Positions 21,957 through 32,148 of a stretch of DNA of 64,000 bases are shown piece after piece. Where the stretch lies: IMG/VR virus record IMGVR_UViG_2930063435_000003; one strand, written 5' to 3'. Position 1 is the first letter of the stretch; every line of letters begins with the position of its first letter. This stretch comes from a virus. Under the pieces are notes generated by a model. It made no database searches and was not told where the DNA came from. It saw only the letters and a program-made list of their open reading frames with translations. The translations under genes were made by a program, and so were the position numbers.

Positions 21957-22594
21957 GTTTCTTCGTTACCCTCTGTCACGTTTCCAGTATATTCTTCGCC
22001 TAAAATTTTCTTTAAGAAAGCCTCTTCGCCTTTTTCACCGTCTCCATCATGATTTGTCATGTTAGCTGAATCAAAGATATACTTACGTACTGACTTTTTA
22101 TTATCAACTAAAGGGAAAAGTGCCTCACCTTCAACCTCTTCACTTGAGAAATCCCAATCTTTCTCAGCCGTTTCTCCATCGATTTTAGGATTTGTAAACA
22201 TAACTTTAGGTAATAAAACTGTTCTAAATGTACCGTCTCTACGCTCTTGTCTGAACCATACAGCTACGTAATTGTTTTGTTTACCTTGTTTCTCTTCGTA
22301 AACGCCATCTTCATCATAATCTTCATTAAAAACAATTTTGCGAATCTCTTTAGGGAACGCATGCATTTGTAATGAGATTTTACCTTCTCCGTCTGTATTC
22401 CCTGATTCAATTGGACCGCCATCAGCATAAGCTGTTTTTAGTTCTCCACCAGTTTCAACACCAATTTTTTGTAATCCTCTTGTTTTTGTAATATCACTAT
22501 ATTTTAATTCCGCGCCTTCTTTCGTTAATTTAGCGAAACCTAAACCAGTAATGTTAATATACGCCTTTGGCGCACTTGCATGTTTTACTGCCAT
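21950..22594 (-). CDS. Major tail protein
   Basis: 214 aa with AYADGG motif; position. Confidence 0.9.
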   Translation of the reverse strand: MAVKHASAPKAYINITGLGFAKLTKEGAELKYSDITKTRGLQKIGVETGGELKTAYADGGPIESGNTDGEGKISLQMHAFPKEIRKIVFNEDYDEDGVYEEKQGKQNNYVAVWFRQERRDGTFRTVLLPKVMFTNPKIDGETAEKDWDFSSEEVEGEALFPLVDNKKSVRKYIFDSANMTNHDGDGEKGEEAFLKKILGEEYTGNVTEGNEETL

Positions 22595-23002
22595 TTAATT
22601 TTCCTCCTTATAAAAAATGCCCTCGTAAACGCGAGAGCTTCTATATGTTTTAAATTCTTCTATATATTCCGGTTTTCCATTTGAAACATTTCCCATTTTT
22701 AGTTCAGACCATAATAACTTTTGAATGCGATTAGATATCTTATTTCTTATGATTCTCGCATTATATTCATCATTGTACTTAACAAAAACATCTATTTGGA
22801 CAATATAACTATATGCACACTCATCTCCGTCAGTATAAGTTGTAGGTATTGGGTCGTCGATATCGTCAATAACAATAAAAGGTACATCAGTATCTTTTAC
22901 ATTAGGGTATTTATTGAACTTAATATTATTGATATTTACGTGCTCTCTAATAATTCTGTCTTGACTAATCACTTCATGAACTTTGTACAAAATATCAATC
23001 AC
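22595..23002 (-). CDS. Tail completion protein
   Basis: Size and position. Confidence 0.7.
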   Translation of the reverse strand: MIDILYKVHEVISQDRIIREHVNINNIKFNKYPNVKDTDVPFIVIDDIDDPIPTTYTDGDECAYSYIVQIDVFVKYNDEYNARIIRNKISNRIQKLLWSELKMGNVSNGKPEYIEEFKTYRSSRVYEGIFYKEEN

Positions 23003-23403
23003 AATTTTTTCAACTCCCTTTTTAGCGTCTCAAAATACTTATTTTGCCCTTGTCTTATTGCTCTATTAACACCGCCCATAGCTTTAGGTTTGATAAATTT
23101 ACCTGTTCCTTTTTGAACGTGTCCATATTCAATTAAATGTACGATTTTATAACGGTCTTTAGAACCTCGCCAATGAACAGTAATTGTACGTTTTCCGTTT
23201 ATCCATTCAGGTTTACTAAAACTTACCTCATTAATTAATGCTCCCGTATCTTTTGAGGGCTTTAGTTGTTTTTTTACTTCTTCAACAATTACCTTAGCAC
23301 CAGCTATTAACGCCTTATCTTGAACTTTTACCATCTCTTTTATGCCAAAACGTTTTTCTAATTCTCTTTCTAATGCTTTATCACCTATCACTTTCACACT
23401 CAT
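22999..23403 (-). CDS. HK97 gp10-like neck protein
   Basis: DTGAL and HLIEYG motifs; position. Confidence 0.75.
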   Translation of the reverse strand: MSVKVIGDKALERELEKRFGIKEMVKVQDKALIAGAKVIVEEVKKQLKPSKDTGALINEVSFSKPEWINGKRTITVHWRGSKDRYKIVHLIEYGHVQKGTGKFIKPKAMGGVNRAIRQGQNKYFETLKRELKKL

Positions 23404-23762
23404 GAACTATATCCTCCACGAATCATAATAAAGTCTTTATTATCCAAATCTGGTGATACTTGCTTTATATTCAAACGATTTTTGAAATATCTTGATTCAA
23501 TTTCAAGATAATGTTCTTCACTGGGTAAATAATCACCTTGCGGATCACGAATATACAATTTAATGTCATTTTGGGTTCCGTTTGAGATAGCTTGTTCTAA
23601 TTCACGTAACCAGACACCATCAATACTCGCCCAACAGCTATATAATAATTTTTCTTCTTTTTCTCCAGCTTCTGGACCATTATTTTCAGTATACTTATAA
23701 AAATGAACACGAGTATTTAAACGTTTAGTTGTAATTCTAGGTTTTTTAAACACTTTCTTCAT
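23400..23762 (-). CDS. Head-tail adaptor
   Basis: Size and position; start uncertain. Confidence 0.7.
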   Translation of the reverse strand: MKKVFKKPRITTKRLNTRVHFYKYTENNGPEAGEKEEKLLYSCWASIDGVWLRELEQAISNGTQNDIKLYIRDPQGDYLPSEEHYLEIESRYFKNRLNIKQVSPDLDNKDFIMIRGGYSS

Positions 23763-24030
23763 CTTCTGATACCTCCATTAGAGATAACGAAAAATCTATT
23801 ATTTCAGGTCTGTAATTATCGTTGAAGTGTTCTAATAAATCTTGATAAGCATATCTAGCGCGTATAAGTATCAATTCTTGACCTATTAAATTCTCTAATT
23901 CAAAAACTCCGCACTGATTTTTTATACGCTCGTACGACATTTTTAACAACTGCTTTAAGTACTCATCCTCTGAATTATGGTCAATCTTTTCAAGTGATTT
24001 AAATTTGACAAGCAAATCATCAATCGTCAT
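23746..24030 (-). CDS. Head-tail connector
   Basis: IDHNSEDEYL motif; position. Confidence 0.75.
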   Translation of the reverse strand: MTIDDLLVKFKSLEKIDHNSEDEYLKQLLKMSYERIKNQCGVFELENLIGQELILIRARYAYQDLLEHFNDNYRPEIIDFSLSLMEVSEDEESV

Positions 24031-24304
24031 TGTCTTCACCATTCAATAAGTCGACGATTTCACTTTTAACCATTGAACTAGACGCTTTTTTTTGTAATGA
24101 TTCGCATAGTTCTAATAATTCTTGTTTTGTCAGCTTATCTAAAGGTACGATATAAACTTTGTCGTACTTATTTTTGATTTGATTTGTCAACAATTCAACA
24201 CGAGGATTGTTATACCCTTCAGCTGGATACAACTCCCCTACTTTGTACTTGTGTTGATTGTGCTCTATGTCTTTAAAAGCTCTAACAACTTTAAATTTCA
24301 CCAT
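24020..24304 (-). CDS. Phage head-associated hypothetical protein
   Basis: 94 aa after the capsid gene, GAGGTG RBS. Confidence 0.7.
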   Translation of the reverse strand: MVKFKVVRAFKDIEHNQHKYKVGELYPAEGYNNPRVELLTNQIKNKYDKVYIVPLDKLTKQELLELCESLQKKASSSMVKSEIVDLLNGEDNDD

Positions 24305-24323
24305 TTTATCACCTCATAAAATT

Positions 24324-25469
24324 TTATAGTGTTTCTTCGGTACCTTCTAAAGCTGGCTTATGTCCTTTTAAATCTAATTTCCAAACAGCAGCAACTTTAT
24401 TATCTTTCGCTTTGCCGTAAGCAAATTGTTTTGCAGTGTATAAATCCATATCATCTAACGCAAGTGTTTCTTTAAATTTCTGAACATTAATACCACCAGC
24501 TAAATAACCATCATATAAACCTTTAACGTACGTTAAAACCTTACCTGCTTCTTGGACTGTAGACTCGATAACATTCAAATTAAATGGTAAAGCAGTAACA
24601 TATACGCCATTTGCATTTAAATGTGTATACTGTGCTTGAACCTCAAAAGCATCGGACGGATTAACAACCATTGTTACATTACCTTTAACCGCTACTGATT
24701 TACCTTTCTCGTTAGTTGAGTGGTATTTAAACACTTGCGTCAATTCATTAACCGTAGCGCGCGGATTAGCAAATGTAAGCGTACCTTGTTCTTCTTTCTC
24801 TGGATAAGCACCCTCAGTTACCGATACACCTTTTTGTACTTGACGGTTTAAGCCGATTGGTTGGTCTTTACCAGTACCTTTTAAGAACGCAGTTTCAAGC
24901 GCCACTGCAAATGCTTCTTCGATTTGAACACGAACAAATCTTTCAATCCACGCAGGACCAAAATCATTTAAATCTTTTGGTAAAACAACAAACGCTGTCA
25001 ATTTATTTTGAATTGCTGTTTCTTCACTGAACGCAGCATCTAATTGACCTTTAATTTCACCATAGATTTTACCCCAAACGGCTACGCCAGAAGTTTCAGA
25101 TTTTAAGAACTTCAAACGCAAACCAGCGTTTTTAATACCTAAATCAGCTAATAACGGATGATTCGTCGTCAAATCTTCAAAAATTCTATCAATTGTTTCT
25201 TCTGGCAAAAGTTTTTCTTCTTTATAGTTAACGTTTTTATTGATATCCATGAAGAAACTTCTTTGGTTTGCACTCAAAGATTGTGCTGATTTAGGTAAAC
25301 TAGAAACTCTTTCAGCTTCTGCTTTTGCTTGTAATTTAGTTTCTTCAAATAGTTGGTTAATCATGTCACCGTACAATTCATTTTGTCTTTCTTGCGGTTC
25401 ACCGTTGTTTACTGCATTAATAAATTCGTTTTTCGCATTTGCGAATGTTTCCGATAAATTTATAGTCAT
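24324..25469 (-). CDS. Major capsid protein (HK97 fold)
   Basis: 381 aa; AFLKGTGKDQPIGL. Confidence 0.93.
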   Translation of the reverse strand: MTINLSETFANAKNEFINAVNNGEPQERQNELYGDMINQLFEETKLQAKAEAERVSSLPKSAQSLSANQRSFFMDINKNVNYKEEKLLPEETIDRIFEDLTTNHPLLADLGIKNAGLRLKFLKSETSGVAVWGKIYGEIKGQLDAAFSEETAIQNKLTAFVVLPKDLNDFGPAWIERFVRVQIEEAFAVALETAFLKGTGKDQPIGLNRQVQKGVSVTEGAYPEKEEQGTLTFANPRATVNELTQVFKYHSTNEKGKSVAVKGNVTMVVNPSDAFEVQAQYTHLNANGVYVTALPFNLNVIESTVQEAGKVLTYVKGLYDGYLAGGINVQKFKETLALDDMDLYTAKQFAYGKAKDNKVAAVWKLDLKGHKPALEGTEETL

Positions 25470-25492
25470 TTTATGACCTCCTATTTTTTGTA

Positions 25493-26242
25493 TTAAAAAA
25501 GGAATCTTGAAAATCCATTTGCTGATACTTTACTATCTGCAACATCGATTTCTGATTCCTTTTCTTTCATATTTATTTTTTCAATTACTTTATTTGCTAT
25601 TGCGTCAATATCAATGTTAACCTCTGGCGTTTTACTTACCAAAGCTGTTACACGATTTAATACATCTTTCGATAACACTTGTGTATTGCTTGCTACAATT
25701 TGCATATTGTCGTTTTCAAACATTTTACTATCCGCAAAACCTTGTTCAATGGCTTCATCAGCATTTAGCCACGTTTCCCTAGCCATCATTTCTACAAGTT
25801 CTTGTTTGTTTTTACCAGCTCTAACCGCATATGCCTCAGCCATTATTTGACCAACATGTTCTAATGTTTCTGCAGCATGATTTAGATCTTTCGCTTCTCC
25901 TTGCGCAATACTTGAAGGATTGTGAATCATCATTCTAGCAACCGGACTCATTTCGATGTGGTCACCAGCCATTGCGATAAGCGATGCCGCACTTGCTGCT
26001 ATTGCTGTGATACGAACATTCACTTTGCCTTTATGAGCTCTTAAATGTGTATATATTTCACTACCAGCTACTAGGTTACCACCATTTGAGTTAATTATAA
26101 TATCAACATCTTCATCACTAAATTCTAGTTGTGTTAAAACATCTTTAGGACAAGTCGAATCCATACCAAGCATTTCGTAAACCCATTTATCTTCGTTGGA
26201 AACGATGACGCCTTTAATCTCCGCTTTCATCTTCATCACCAC
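25493..26242 (-). CDS. ClpP-type prohead protease
   Basis: INSNGG, AASAAS, MMIHNP, ETWL motifs; start uncertain. Confidence 0.92.
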   Translation of the reverse strand: MVMKMKAEIKGVIVSNEDKWVYEMLGMDSTCPKDVLTQLEFSDEDVDIIINSNGGNLVAGSEIYTHLRAHKGKVNVRITAIAASAASLIAMAGDHIEMSPVARMMIHNPSSIAQGEAKDLNHAAETLEHVGQIMAEAYAVRAGKNKQELVEMMARETWLNADEAIEQGFADSKMFENDNMQIVASNTQVLSKDVLNRVTALVSKTPEVNIDIDAIANKVIEKINMKEKESEIDVADSKVSANGFSRFLF

Positions 26243-27401
26243 CTTTCAAAGTGTTTTCATCTTTTTCTTTTTCATCATTTTCACCACTGTTAGCTTTTTC
26301 GTAGTTTTTAGTAATCAGGTATTCGTCTAATTCAGGATTGTCTGATGGTTCTTCACCTAACATAATCCGCACCTCATTCCTTGTAAATGAACCAGAACTT
26401 ACAAGTTTGTCAATTGCTTCAGCATATTGAAGTGGGTCTTTTTTATTCACACCGACAATTTCTATTCTTGTATCTTTCAAATACATGCTTTGTGTTATGA
26501 GTTTCGCGTTTAATTCGTTCTGAATCTTTTTTAATAAAGGTGTTAAACAGAACTTCTCAAATACAAGCGTGTTTTTTTCCAAATCAGCTGTTTCTCCGTA
26601 AATCAAACCTGGAGGTATACCAATCATCAACGCAACATTTTTTATTGCATCTCTCATTAGCTCACTCAATTCAGAAAAAGGCATGTTACTATTCTTACCA
26701 CCATTAGATAATTCCTCATAATCAAAACCTTCTATCAAAGGCGCGATTGCTAGTTGATTTTTATTAAAAGTATTGAATAATTTATTTGTGAACGCTTGTA
26801 ATTTTTCTATATTCTTTTCGTCATATGCGCTAGAGGCAGATTTCAAAATCCCTCTTATTTGATAGTTTTTTAATTGTGCACCTATCATTCTTCCGAATAT
26901 TTTCCCGTAATCTTCGAATAGACTTTCTACAAAGTGTGTCACTTTATTGTTGTTGTACTTTAAATATATGACCTCTTGCATTGTGAAAGTACGTTGATAA
27001 GTATAATCTTTAACCGTTACATCTTTGAATATATCATCATACAAAGCGTACTCTTCTCTGTAAAAGCTATCTGCGATAAGTAATTCTTTGCTGTCACTTA
27101 CTACGATTAAAACCTCGTTATCATAAATTAGTTTATATATAACTTGTTGCCAAAAACTATCGCTTGATAAGTCAGTATTTGGTTTTATATTTAACTTGTA
27201 GTAAACATCATTCTTTTGAATTCTATTACCTTCCAATACTTTAAAATGACTTTGAGCGACAGCTCGCGCAACAAATTCAATACAACTATCAATCGCTAAA
27301 CGTTTCACATACGCTTGTTGTGATAGATCTTCTATCATATCTAAATCAAGCATATATGTTATATCTTTCCTAGTTTTAAATATCTTTTCTAGAATACTCA
27401 T
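26214..27401 (-). CDS. Portal protein (HK97 family)
   Basis: 395 aa; GIPPGLI and TRNEVR; follows terL. Confidence 0.92.
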   Translation of the reverse strand: MSILEKIFKTRKDITYMLDLDMIEDLSQQAYVKRLAIDSCIEFVARAVAQSHFKVLEGNRIQKNDVYYKLNIKPNTDLSSDSFWQQVIYKLIYDNEVLIVVSDSKELLIADSFYREEYALYDDIFKDVTVKDYTYQRTFTMQEVIYLKYNNNKVTHFVESLFEDYGKIFGRMIGAQLKNYQIRGILKSASSAYDEKNIEKLQAFTNKLFNTFNKNQLAIAPLIEGFDYEELSNGGKNSNMPFSELSELMRDAIKNVALMIGIPPGLIYGETADLEKNTLVFEKFCLTPLLKKIQNELNAKLITQSMYLKDTRIEIVGVNKKDPLQYAEAIDKLVSSGSFTRNEVRIMLGEEPSDNPELDEYLITKNYEKANSGENDEKEKDENTLKGGDEDESGD

Positions 27402-27416
27402 GTCTCACCTCCTCTA

Positions 27417-29078
27417 TTAGAAATCTATACTCATTAATGCATCAAGCGCTTTAGACATGTCTTTGTCTACTATATCGTCTGCTCTATATAATGCGTGAAC
27501 AAAAGCCATGAACCCATCGGTTTTTCTTCTATTTTCATCTTTTTTAATATATTCTTTATTACCATCGGGTTTAACCTTTACTGCAACATTATTAGTAAAC
27601 CAACGCATCAAAGGATTGTCTCCATATATTACGTTATGTTTCGCAAACATTGTATCGATACGTGGTGCAAGTAATCCATGTATTGCTTTTGGATTTCTAA
27701 GTACTTCAAGTTTTATGCCAGCATCCTCAAACGCACGTCTTACAATATCAGTTCTATAATTATCAGCTATGACTTTTTCAAGCCCATATTTTTCTCTAGC
27801 CTTTAAAAACCAATCAACTATATATTCAATTTCAATGACATCATCATCGACAATGGTCAATAATCCCATTTTTTCCCATTCTTTAATAGGAGGTTCTAAT
27901 TTGACATCATCCAAAAACCCTTGTCTTACAAACGAATGTCCTAACCAAATGTAATCATCGTTTTTTCGGAATAATAGCCCTACACTTGCAAAATCTCGAA
28001 TGTTTGCAAAGTCTAAACCACCAATACACATTTGATTATCTAAATTTGGTATCTCTCTATTAGTCGCTAGTATTTCTTTCCATGGTGCTATTACTTTTTC
28101 AAGGTCAACTTCAGGCAAATTCATTCGCTTAGTCATGAATTCGGGCTTATTTGAACGGTTGAATGGTAAATCGTTATATTCTTCTTCAATCGTGCTTAGC
28201 AGTGTTTTAGCGTATTCTGATAACGGTTTATGTAACATCGGGTTCGCCTTTTCCCACGTCTGTCTGTCATCAACTTCTTTTGGATCGTCTAACTTACAAT
28301 AAAAAGCAAACAATCTACTATTTTTAACCTTGCCACTTAATACACTTGCAATTTTGTGCTTCATTGCATCGATATAACCCTCTCTAACAAAACCATCAGT
28401 ACTTATATAAAACGTTCTTCTATTTTTCTTTTTACCTAATCCACCACGTTTGACGTTTACCATTTCAGGACCAAAGAAATAATGAATTTCATCAAAAATA
28501 ACACACCCCTCACGTCCACCGTCTTTGGTTTTTGTGTTTGATGTGTTATATCGAATAACCGATTTAGTTGCACGGTTTATTATTTTTGCTTTACTAACTT
28601 CATAAGGAGCTTTTGGCGTTTTACCCGTCTTATTTCGTTTGTTATCCATTAAAACGGTTCTGATTTCATCAAACGATGTTTTTGCTTGATCTTCACTATT
28701 AGCAACAATGGAGATGTGATATTCTTTAACTCCGTGTAAGGGCGTAGAAAGAAAATCACTAATAGCACTTATTAGACCGTTTTTCCCGCCTCCACGTCCC
28801 ATGAAAATAGCAAATTCTGTAAAGAAAGCTTCATCTGTATTTTTATCTATAAGAAATATATTAGCTATGATAAACCTTTGAAATGGTAATGTTGGAAAAT
28901 ACCATTTTTCAATAAATTTGATACAATCCTCGATTTTCTGTTCATCAAAATATACATCATCTCGTGAATATATATGTTTTTGTAGATAATTAAAGAGATC
29001 AATTCTTTCTTTATTTAAAATTATCTTTCCTTGTTTCCACAAATTTATATATTCATCAACGTATTTATTACTAATCAT
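27417..29078 (-). CDS. terL: Terminase large subunit
   Basis: GRGGGKN Walker A, IFDEIH Walker B, GGLDFA nuclease motif. Confidence 0.95.
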   Translation of the reverse strand: MISNKYVDEYINLWKQGKIILNKERIDLFNYLQKHIYSRDDVYFDEQKIEDCIKFIEKWYFPTLPFQRFIIANIFLIDKNTDEAFFTEFAIFMGRGGGKNGLISAISDFLSTPLHGVKEYHISIVANSEDQAKTSFDEIRTVLMDNKRNKTGKTPKAPYEVSKAKIINRATKSVIRYNTSNTKTKDGGREGCVIFDEIHYFFGPEMVNVKRGGLGKKKNRRTFYISTDGFVREGYIDAMKHKIASVLSGKVKNSRLFAFYCKLDDPKEVDDRQTWEKANPMLHKPLSEYAKTLLSTIEEEYNDLPFNRSNKPEFMTKRMNLPEVDLEKVIAPWKEILATNREIPNLDNQMCIGGLDFANIRDFASVGLLFRKNDDYIWLGHSFVRQGFLDDVKLEPPIKEWEKMGLLTIVDDDVIEIEYIVDWFLKAREKYGLEKVIADNYRTDIVRRAFEDAGIKLEVLRNPKAIHGLLAPRIDTMFAKHNVIYGDNPLMRWFTNNVAVKVKPDGNKEYIKKDENRRKTDGFMAFVHALYRADDIVDKDMSKALDALMSIDF

Positions 29079-29419
29079 AGGTAATCATCAGATGGCGTTT
29101 CTGTGTCTTCTTTCTCTTCGGGCAATAAATCCGATAATTGTTTGATTATTTTTTGATATGCAGCATCTCTAGCATTAAATAGTTTGGCTACTGGTCTTTC
29201 CCTTTCATATGGTGGCGCCTTTTCAGATTGAGTAAATAAATCATAGTCACCTTTTTCTTTTATGTCTTCCCACATGTAATCAAGCATTACACGTAGCCTT
29301 GCTGCTTGAATAATTAAACCATCAACTACTTTTAATTTATTGCTAGGTATGTCTTTATATAATACTTGCAGCCTTTCTTTTTCTTTAAGCACTAAGTTTT
29401 CATCAACTATAATCTCCAT
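29075..29419 (-). CDS. terS: Terminase small subunit
   Basis: 114 aa from MEIIVDEN, directly upstream of terL. Confidence 0.75.
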   Translation of the reverse strand: MEIIVDENLVLKEKERLQVLYKDIPSNKLKVVDGLIIQAARLRVMLDYMWEDIKEKGDYDLFTQSEKAPPYERERPVAKLFNARDAAYQKIIKQLSDLLPEEKEDTETPSDDYL

Positions 29420-29487
29420 TTCATCACCTGCCTTAAAATGGTTATAAGAGGGGGGGTTATACATGGATTTTTAAAATTATCGCGAAG

Positions 29488-29508
29488 TCGAGCCCCTCCC
29501 CGTTCCCC
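29488..29508 (-). other. Candidate cos site
   Basis: G-rich GGGGAACGGGGAGGGGCTCGA between HNH and terS, the usual cos position. Confidence 0.45.
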
Positions 29509-29549
29509 AAGTATTTTGATCGCTTTTGATTTTTTTGACCCGGGGGTAT

Positions 29550-29849
29550 TTACCATTTTTCGTCTTTCCATTTATTTTCTTTTTTTATAAATCTCTTTTC
29601 TTTTTTGTTGTGACATTTAATACACAGTGTTTCTAAATTGTTTAAGTCATGAGCAAACTCCGGATGATGTTCTAGCGATAATATATGATCTACATCCAAC
29701 GACTTATGTTTGCTTTTGTCATATGTCGTTAACTTGCCGTCTCTCTTACATTGTTGACATTCATAATTATCTCTTTCTAGTACTCTTTTTCTTGTTGTTT
29801 GCCATTCTTTAGACTTATAGAATCGTATACGTTCGTCTTTAGTCATCAT
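29550..29849 (-). CDS. HNH endonuclease (cos packaging cofactor)
   Basis: CQQC...VDHI...NL..LCIKCHN. Confidence 0.93.
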   Translation of the reverse strand: MMTKDERIRFYKSKEWQTTRKRVLERDNYECQQCKRDGKLTTYDKSKHKSLDVDHILSLEHHPEFAHDLNNLETLCIKCHNKKEKRFIKKENKWKDEKW

Positions 29850-30080
29850 AATGTTTCACCTTATATAACTTAAGTAGTATCAAGACGCATCTATACTTGA
29901 TGTGTAGTAATGTATTTACAATTAGTTTGAACATGTTCATACCTCATAAATAAAAAGACACATCACATAGTAATGCGCCTCTTGTTCATGCGTCGTATTA
30001 GCATTTAATAACCTTAAATATTAATCTGATACTAACATAATAAACTGTTTTAATGCGGACTTACATAGGGTAAAAGTCCG

Positions 30081-30497
30081 CTACACATAACCAATATACT
30101 TTGCTAACTTATCGATCAGTGCATTCCTTCTACGTAATATACTTGTCTTACTTGTACCAAAGTAATGTGCTATATCTTCCCATTCATAACAACCAATAGG
30201 ACAATCCCAATATCTAAACCTTAATAACTCAAGCGTATCCTCATCACTTTCATCTATCAATCTATCTACACCGTTAACTATATTTCTTAATGTATTGTAC
30301 CTGTTATCACTAAACTTCTTTATTGCACATCGTTCAATCGGATTACCCGGCAAATTACTTTTGCCAGCTCCCGCATTATCTGGTTCATGACTTTCAAGTA
30401 ATTCATATTCTCGCATCTTCAACTCTCTTCGATAGTTATCGATGTGCTGAATGTATTCTTCAAGCTTTTTGATATCGTGTTTCTCAATCTTTATCAT
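30081..30497 (-). CDS. rinA: RinA/ArpU-family late transcription activator
   Basis: Last early gene before packaging; C-terminal WEDIA helix-turn-helix. Confidence 0.8.
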   Translation of the reverse strand: MIKIEKHDIKKLEEYIQHIDNYRRELKMREYELLESHEPDNAGAGKSNLPGNPIERCAIKKFSDNRYNTLRNIVNGVDRLIDESDEDTLELLRFRYWDCPIGCYEWEDIAHYFGTSKTSILRRRNALIDKLAKYIGYV

Positions 30498-30524
30498 TCA
30501 ATGCAATACCTCCGATAATATAAA

Positions 30525-30728
30525 TTACTTTTTAATATCGTTATTTATTCGCTTCAATTCAATCCTGTATTCTTCTAACCCGTTGTATCCTTTAGTTTTA
30601 ACTACTTCATCAAGTAGATAATCATTCATATATCTGAGTGCTTGTATCTCTCTTGCATGATCACTATTAATACTGATACAAACTAATAGCAATATAGCAA
30701 ATACAATAGTCATAGTAATCCACATCAC
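30525..30728 (-). CDS. Phage small membrane protein (DUF1514-like)
   Basis: N-terminal TM helix; usual position. Confidence 0.7.
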   Translation of the reverse strand: MMWITMTIVFAILLLVCISINSDHAREIQALRYMNDYLLDEVVKTKGYNGLEEYRIELKRINNDIKK

Positions 30729-30874
30729 TCACTTACCTCCGCTCGAAAGACGTAATCACTCGGCGCCTCTACATCATCATTAGCTGTCATCATAATATAT
30801 ACTTGCTCAGTTACATACTTACCTAACTCGTACATTGCTAGTAAGAATAATAATCTTAGTATTTGCTTAATCAT
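30725..30874 (-). CDS. rinB: RinB (49 aa, absent from ORF track)
   Basis: MIKQILRLLFLLAMYELGKYVTEQVYIMMTANDDVEAPSDY. Confidence 0.85.
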   Translation of the reverse strand: MIKQILRLLFLLAMYELGKYVTEQVYIMMTANDDVEAPSDYVFRAEVSE

Positions 30875-31077
30875 TTCCCACACTCCCTTATATTTTCAAA
30901 CAACTGCCCTAATTTAATAACTGCACCTCTTTTAACTTGTGCCTCGTATTTGCGCTCAGCTTCTTCTTTACTCTCTGCCTCAACAACTGTAAACGTCTGA
31001 TTATCTCTAGCAGTAGTAAAATGTTCATGTGGTTGTCCTGTTGAATCTTTGAATGTTGTGACTAAGTATTGTGTCAT
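30871..31077 (-). CDS. Phage protein (DUF1381-like)
   Basis: MTQYLVTTFKDSTG. Confidence 0.75.
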   Translation of the reverse strand: MTQYLVTTFKDSTGQPHEHFTTARDNQTFTVVEAESKEEAERKYEAQVKRGAVIKLGQLFENIRECGK

Positions 31078-31319
31078 TCCTCATAGCTCCCTTGAACTTG
31101 TTTGAGCTTACTCATAAAAAACATTACTAAAAATGCTATTAAGATATGCGTCTTTTGATGTTTATAAGCAATTGTAGATATCATAAAGATAGTAGCAAGC
31201 ATTAACATTTCATATATGTTTGTGTGTATAGTCTTTTTACTCTTAAGAAAAATAATTGCTATGCGATAAAAGAGATAAACGCCAAACCCTATTAAAAATA
31301 TTTCTAACATGTCGCTCAC
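31074..31319 (-). CDS. Phage membrane protein
   Basis: 81 aa, three hydrophobic segments. Confidence 0.65.
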   Translation of the reverse strand: MSDMLEIFLIGFGVYLFYRIAIIFLKSKKTIHTNIYEMLMLATIFMISTIAYKHQKTHILIAFLVMFFMSKLKQVQGSYEE

Positions 31320-31355
31320 TTCCCCAAAACCTCCTTGACTCGATCCAAGATGTCT

Positions 31356-31892
31356 TTACACGTATCCTTTTCCTGCGTCTGCTGTTCCATCTTGTCTTTC
31401 GTGGTTCCTTTTCATTTTCTTTTTGTATGCGTCAATGAGTTGGTCGATTGTATAGTAAGTATTGGCGTACAAAAAAGGCATTATTAAAACTTGTACAATA
31501 CTATTATCAATACCTTTTACAAATTGTTCTGTTAGTGTATGCATTACATGAACAAAATAAACTGAATGTAGTTTAGGTAAAGTAACTTCATTTTCAATCA
31601 AATCAACCATAACCTCAGTAGTTTCTTCCAAATCTTCTTCATCAACAATAGTCAAAGTTAATTGCAAACTGAAAGCTAAGTAATCAGCAATCTCATCTAA
31701 TTGTGTATCTAATGGCTTACCTGGTTGTTTCTTCCAATTTTTAAAAAACTCAAGTGTGTTAACCCACTCCGCAAATTCAATAATCATACTAGCTACTGTG
31801 TCATTTAAATTTCTAGTCGGTATTCTATCGTCGAACTTCTTTTGTATTTGTAATAACTCTTGTAACTGATCAATTGTTAATGTGTTAGTCAT
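31356..31892 (-). CDS. dut: Dimeric (all-alpha) dUTPase
   Basis: Q..FDDRI, EFAEWVNT, FKNWK, DEIADYL, KMKRNHERQD motifs. Confidence 0.88.
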   Translation of the reverse strand: MTNTLTIDQLQELLQIQKKFDDRIPTRNLNDTVASMIIEFAEWVNTLEFFKNWKKQPGKPLDTQLDEIADYLAFSLQLTLTIVDEEDLEETTEVMVDLIENEVTLPKLHSVYFVHVMHTLTEQFVKGIDNSIVQVLIMPFLYANTYYTIDQLIDAYKKKMKRNHERQDGTADAGKGYV

Positions 31893-32143
31893 TTTCCTTG
31901 TTCCTCCTCATATTTATAGATAACTTGACCTGCCATAATTCCTACTGCTTCATCAAGTTCAATACCTTCTTTAACTGAATGTTGAATAGCATTTGTCATT
32001 CCATCAAGTATTTCATCAAATGCTCGCGCTTTCTTATACACGTCCTCAATCTCTTTTAGCAATCCCTCTGTGTCATTGCCGTTATACGCACTAGCACTTA
32101 TAACGGATTGTTCAATTTGTTCACGATTATTCATCATTTCCAT
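31889..32143 (-). CDS. Phage protein (DUF1024-like)
   Basis: ISASAYNGNDTEGLLKEIEDVYKKA. Confidence 0.75.
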   Translation of the reverse strand: MEMMNNREQIEQSVISASAYNGNDTEGLLKEIEDVYKKARAFDEILDGMTNAIQHSVKEGIELDEAVGIMAGQVIYKYEEEQGK

Positions 32144-32148
32144 CTCCT

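Noticed and set aside
24300..24330. Possible frameshift fusing the capsid to the next gene (AAATTTT nearby)
   Set aside because: The run lies after the stop, and both alternative frames hit stops; the next gene has its own RBS
11512..28000. Many 60-130 aa ORFs overlapping the structural genes
   Set aside because: Shadow frames of long real genes, without RBS or family motifs
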